A stretch of 39,214 nucleotides of DNA from a virus. Taxonomy: Duplodnaviria; Heunggongvirae; Uroviricota; Caudoviricetes. The stretch lies in IMG/VR virus record IMGVR_UViG_2541047122_000029. The stretch is one strand, 5' to 3'. The notes beneath the pieces were generated by a model. It saw only the letters and a list, made by a program, of their open reading frames with translations, was not told where the DNA came from and did no database searches. A program made the position numbers and the translations under genes. Below, in pieces: positions 36,846 to 39,214 of the stretch (the stretch's first letter is position 1; every line of letters starts with the position of its first letter).

Positions 36846-36876
36846 CCGGCAGGTTTCCCTGCCGGGTGAATTTGTT
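36846..36876 (+). terminator. Rho-independent terminator after the small two-gene cassette
   Basis: CCGGCAGG (36846-36853) / CCTGCCGG (36858-36865), loop TTTC, then GTGAATTTGTT. Confidence 0.7.
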
Positions 36877-37045
36877 AATGCACGTTTTGTGTACTTTCCC
36901 TCCGGGGAGAACAGGCAGGACATATCAGCATCCTGAAACAGGACGCATTTTGGGGTTTGTATGTCTTGCCATTTTGAGATCGAGAACGGCGATAGATGAG
37001 CTGTAAGGGAGTCTTACAGGCAGGGCAAACAGGCTCTTTATCCAT
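36875..37045 (-). CDS. Possible small zinc-ribbon protein, divergent from com/mom (low confidence)
   Basis: Minus-strand 56-aa ORF MDKEPVCPACKTPLQ...CPACSPRRE with two CPAC pairs; AAGGAG 9 nt upstream of ATG at 37045; track ORF 36875-37069 starts 8 codons earlier. Confidence 0.3.
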   Translation of the reverse strand: MDKEPVCPACKTPLQLIYRRSRSQNGKTYKPQNASCFRMLICPACSPRRESTQNVH

Positions 37046-37139
37046 GATAAAGATCTCCTTTTTATGCATCTCTGCTTTACAGGAGACCGGGGAATATCAT
37101 AGGATACGACACGAGCTCGAAGTAAAGCATTGATGCGAA

Positions 37140-37410
37140 TTTGTTCCAGGTCCAGATAGCTGTAACTATCTGGACCTCCCTTTATGTAGTATCCTGTTGA
37201 TTTGAAACATACTACATATACGCGCGATCCTACCTTCACTGTATAAAAAGTCAATAAAATGATCATTTTATGATCGTTTTCACCACCTAAGTCTTCGTTT
37301 TCTTTAAGTAAATAATCACCGCCCTGAATCATTGTTGATGACTTTTCAATCTATTTGTTGTATCAATTAAACAAATCGAATCGATCGTTTTTGTCGATCG
37401 ATTGCATGAG
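37140..37410. promoter_or_regulatory. com/mom upstream control region (palindromes plus GATC cluster, likely Dam-methylation-sensitive promoter)
   Basis: AT-rich. 12-bp inverted repeat AGGTCCAGATAG (37148-37159) / CTATCTGGACCT (37166-37177); 9-bp inverted repeat ATGTAGTAT (37184-37192) / ATACTACAT (37209-37217); GATC at 37226, 37261, 37272, 37383, 37396. Confidence 0.6.
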
Positions 37411-37446
37411 AAAGGCATCAACAACAAAGCAGGAGGTTATGCGGCC

Positions 37447-37647
37447 ATGTATCGAAACATACGGTGCCGACACTGCAATAAGCTACTGGCACGGGCCAGT
37501 TTCAGTTATCTGGAAGTAAAATGTCCGCGCTGTAAAACCCTCAATCAAATCACATCTCCGAGCGCCACAGAGCACCCCACATACACAAGGAAATCCTGTC
37601 GTGGGGAACAGAAAGCAAGTCACATCCCGTATCATCAGCACGCCTGA
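37447..37647 (+). CDS. com: Com-like zinc-finger translational activator of mom
   Basis: ATG 37447 (RBS AGGAGG) inside track ORF 37402-37647; [13 protein letters not shown]...[12 protein letters not shown] matches Mu Com (IRCKNCNKLLFKA...IRCPRCKRH) as I recall it; overlaps the next gene. Confidence 0.75.
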   Translation: MYRNIRCRHCNKLLARASFSYLEVKCPRCKTLNQITSPSATEHPTYTRKSCRGEQKASHIPYHQHA

Positions 37648-38338
37648 ACTTATTCGCTATAACGACAATATCGTTGGTTATGGCTCCCGTGAGTTGCGGG
37701 TTGAGACAATAAGTTGCTGGCTGGCCAGACTGGTCATCGTCAATAAACATTACAGCCACCGTTTCGTAAATAACTCCTACCTTCATCTGGGCATATTTTC
37801 AGAACGGGAGCTGGTTGGCGTAATGCAATGGGGCTATGCCCTTAATCCAAACAGTGGTGCACGCGTCGTAACGGGCACGCGGAACCGTGAATATATGGAG
37901 CTTAACCGGTTATGGCTGCATGACTGTATGCCGAGAAACTCCGAATCAAGGGCAATCAGTTACGCGCTCAAGCTAATCAGGCAGCTTTATCCGCAGGTAC
38001 AGTGGGTTCAGTCGTTTGCAGATGAGCGTTGTGGCTGTCTTGGTGTCGTGTATCAGGCAAGCAATTTTGATTATGTAGGCAGCCACGAATCAACATTCTA
38101 TGAACTTGATGGCGAGTGGTATCACGAGATTTGCAGGAATGCCATTAAACGAGGCGGACAGCGAGGTGAACATCTGAGGGCTAATATCGACAGAGCCAGT
38201 GTTCATAAATTCCGTCAGTTTCGTTACATCCGGTTTCTGAACAAGAGGGCCAGAAAACGCCTCAACACAAAGCTATTCAAAGTCCAGCCTTACCCAAAAC
38301 CACAAACAGTTAAAACTGGTTTAAAAGAGAGTGAGTGA
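37601..38338 (+). CDS. mom: Mom-like DNA modification protein (anti-restriction)
   Basis: 245-aa ORF overlapping the end of com; ...[16 protein letters not shown]...[23 protein letters not shown] resembles Mu Mom as I recall it. Start uncertain (GTG 37601 in track). Confidence 0.75.
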   Translation: MGNRKQVTSRIISTPELIRYNDNIVGYGSRELRVETISCWLARLVIVNKHYSHRFVNNSYLHLGIFSERELVGVMQWGYALNPNSGARVVTGTRNREYMELNRLWLHDCMPRNSESRAISYALKLIRQLYPQVQWVQSFADERCGCLGVVYQASNFDYVGSHESTFYELDGEWYHEICRNAIKRGGQRGEHLRANIDRASVHKFRQFRYIRFLNKRARKRLNTKLFKVQPYPKPQTVKTGLKESE

Positions 38339-38375
38339 ACGCTTAAAAACTCATTCTAAAACCCAAAAGAAAAGC

Positions 38376-38416
38376 GCCGATTTAGTATCAAATAAGTTGC
38401 GTATCGGCGTTTTTCA
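38376..38416 (+). terminator. Terminator-like hairpin downstream of mom
   Basis: CGCCGAT (38376-38382) / ATCGGCG (38403-38409) with a large 20-nt loop, then TTTTTCAG. Confidence 0.35.
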
Positions 38417-38449
38417 GCGGTATCAAATGAAATGCAAATCGGTATCAAA
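38384..38449. repeat. Three direct copies of RGTATCAAA in the region after mom (candidate end-binding sites; prophage right terminus not resolved)
   Basis: AGTATCAAA 38384-38392, GGTATCAAA 38419-38427, GGTATCAAA 38441-38449. Confidence 0.3.
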
Positions 38450-38920
38450 AAAATCGCCGCGCTATAGGCTTTTGCTGAGTTACAAAGGCGAATTCTGGAT
38501 AATCAACAGACAGGGAGTGCGCAATCTGATGCAGCATTGCTCTGGAGTTTTTGGAACTCTTACTCTGCAGATGAACTGGTCGATGACTTAGTCATTCGCT
38601 GTGGTCTGGAAAGCGCCGTTGAAATCGTCCTTTTTGCCCTTCAACTCAAATATAAACCAGTAAAAGGCGCAGTAACCACCATCATTCCACCTAATCACGA
38701 AGCAGAATCGCTACCTAGTTAGCATCAACGTCTATGTCATCATCTTTCACTCGCTTCAGAAGATGAGTGGCAACGCTGTGTAGATAAAGTACTCACCGCC
38801 ATTCCGACGCTATCCCCCGCACGGCAACCTTTTGCGGCGTTACTGCTCCCTGAACGCCCGGATATCGCCCATGCTATAGATCTACGCTATGCAGACCAAA
38901 ACGTCCCGGCGATGACCTGG

Positions 38921-39214
38921 TGAACCGCCCCGGGTTTCCTGGAGAGTGTTTTATCTGTGAACTCAGGCTGCCAGATCATCGTTTCCGATGGAAGCATAAT
39001 AAGCTTTTTCTGCTTCTGCCGGAGGAGTATGGCCCAGCCTTCCCAGCAATCGTCGATTGTTATACCAGTCCACCCACGTTAGTGTGGCCAGTTCCACTTC
39101 TGCACGGTTTTTCCAGCTCTTACGGTGTATTACCTCCGCTTTGTAAAGACCATTGATGCTCTCAGCCATCGCGTTGTCATACGAGTCGCCTGTACTCCCT
39201 GTTGATGCCAGTAA
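38921..39214 (-). mobile_element. IS3-family insertion sequence, partial (continues past window end)
   Basis: Terminal sequence TGAACCGCCCCGGGTTTCCTGGAGAGTG from 38921; minus-strand transposase 3' end lies 42 bp inside it. Confidence 0.8.
38963..39214 (-). CDS. IS3-family transposase OrfB, C-terminal fragment (5' part outside window)
   Basis: Minus-strand frame open to the window edge: ...GDSYDNAMAESINGLYKAEVIHRKSW..., matching the DDE-integrase C-terminal block of IS3-family OrfB; stop at 38963-38965. Confidence 0.8.
   Translation of the reverse strand, partial: LLASTGSTGDSYDNAMAESINGLYKAEVIHRKSWKNRAEVELATLTWVDWYNNRRLLGRLGHTPPAEAEKAYYASIGNDDLAA

Noticed and set aside
36462-37332. Minus-strand ORFs of 153 aa and 135 aa
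   Set aside because: The first is antisense to two well-supported + strand genes; the second spans the AT-rich, palindrome-rich control region and has no RBS. Only the short 36875-37045 ORF was kept, at low confidence.
38331-38591. 86-aa + strand ORF overlapping the end of mom
   Set aside because: Covers the terminator-like hairpin and direct repeats after mom; no RBS; more likely non-coding.
38920-39156. 78-aa + strand ORF
   Set aside because: Lies inside the IS element antisense to its transposase; likely spurious.
1-39214. CRISPR arrays, tRNA or rRNA genes
   Set aside because: No regularly spaced direct repeats with unique spacers and no cloverleaf-like or rRNA-like segments were seen; nearly all sequence is accounted for by protein-coding genes.

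Overview
This window is almost entirely a Mu-like transposable prophage (enterobacterial type), read left to right on the + strand, ending in an IS3-family element at the right flank. All calls rest on reading the supplied ORF translations and the DNA by eye; no database search or structure prediction was run, so family names are recollection-based. The window begins in the operator region just upstream of ner, so the repressor gene and left end (attL) are outside it. Order: ner, transposase A, ATPase B, a packed block of small early genes including Gam and a GemA-like gene, a strong terminator, one Mor/C-family activator, a holin-less lysis cassette (SAR endolysin, overlapping i-/o-spanins), packaging and head genes, tail and baseplate genes, a tail fibre with a Gin-type invertible segment, the gin invertase, a cargo region, then com/mom. 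The most interesting region is the gin-to-com interval (34.1-37.4 kb): a 679-aa multidomain SASA/SGNH-type esterase, two small unknown genes, a possible divergent zinc-ribbon ORF and a palindrome- and GATC-rich control region. Other points worth a second look are the asymmetric invertible segment (one chaperone gene only), the uncharacterised early-gene block at 5.5-9.2 kb, and a motif shared by the two late-promoter regions. No rRNA, tRNA or CRISPR array was seen.
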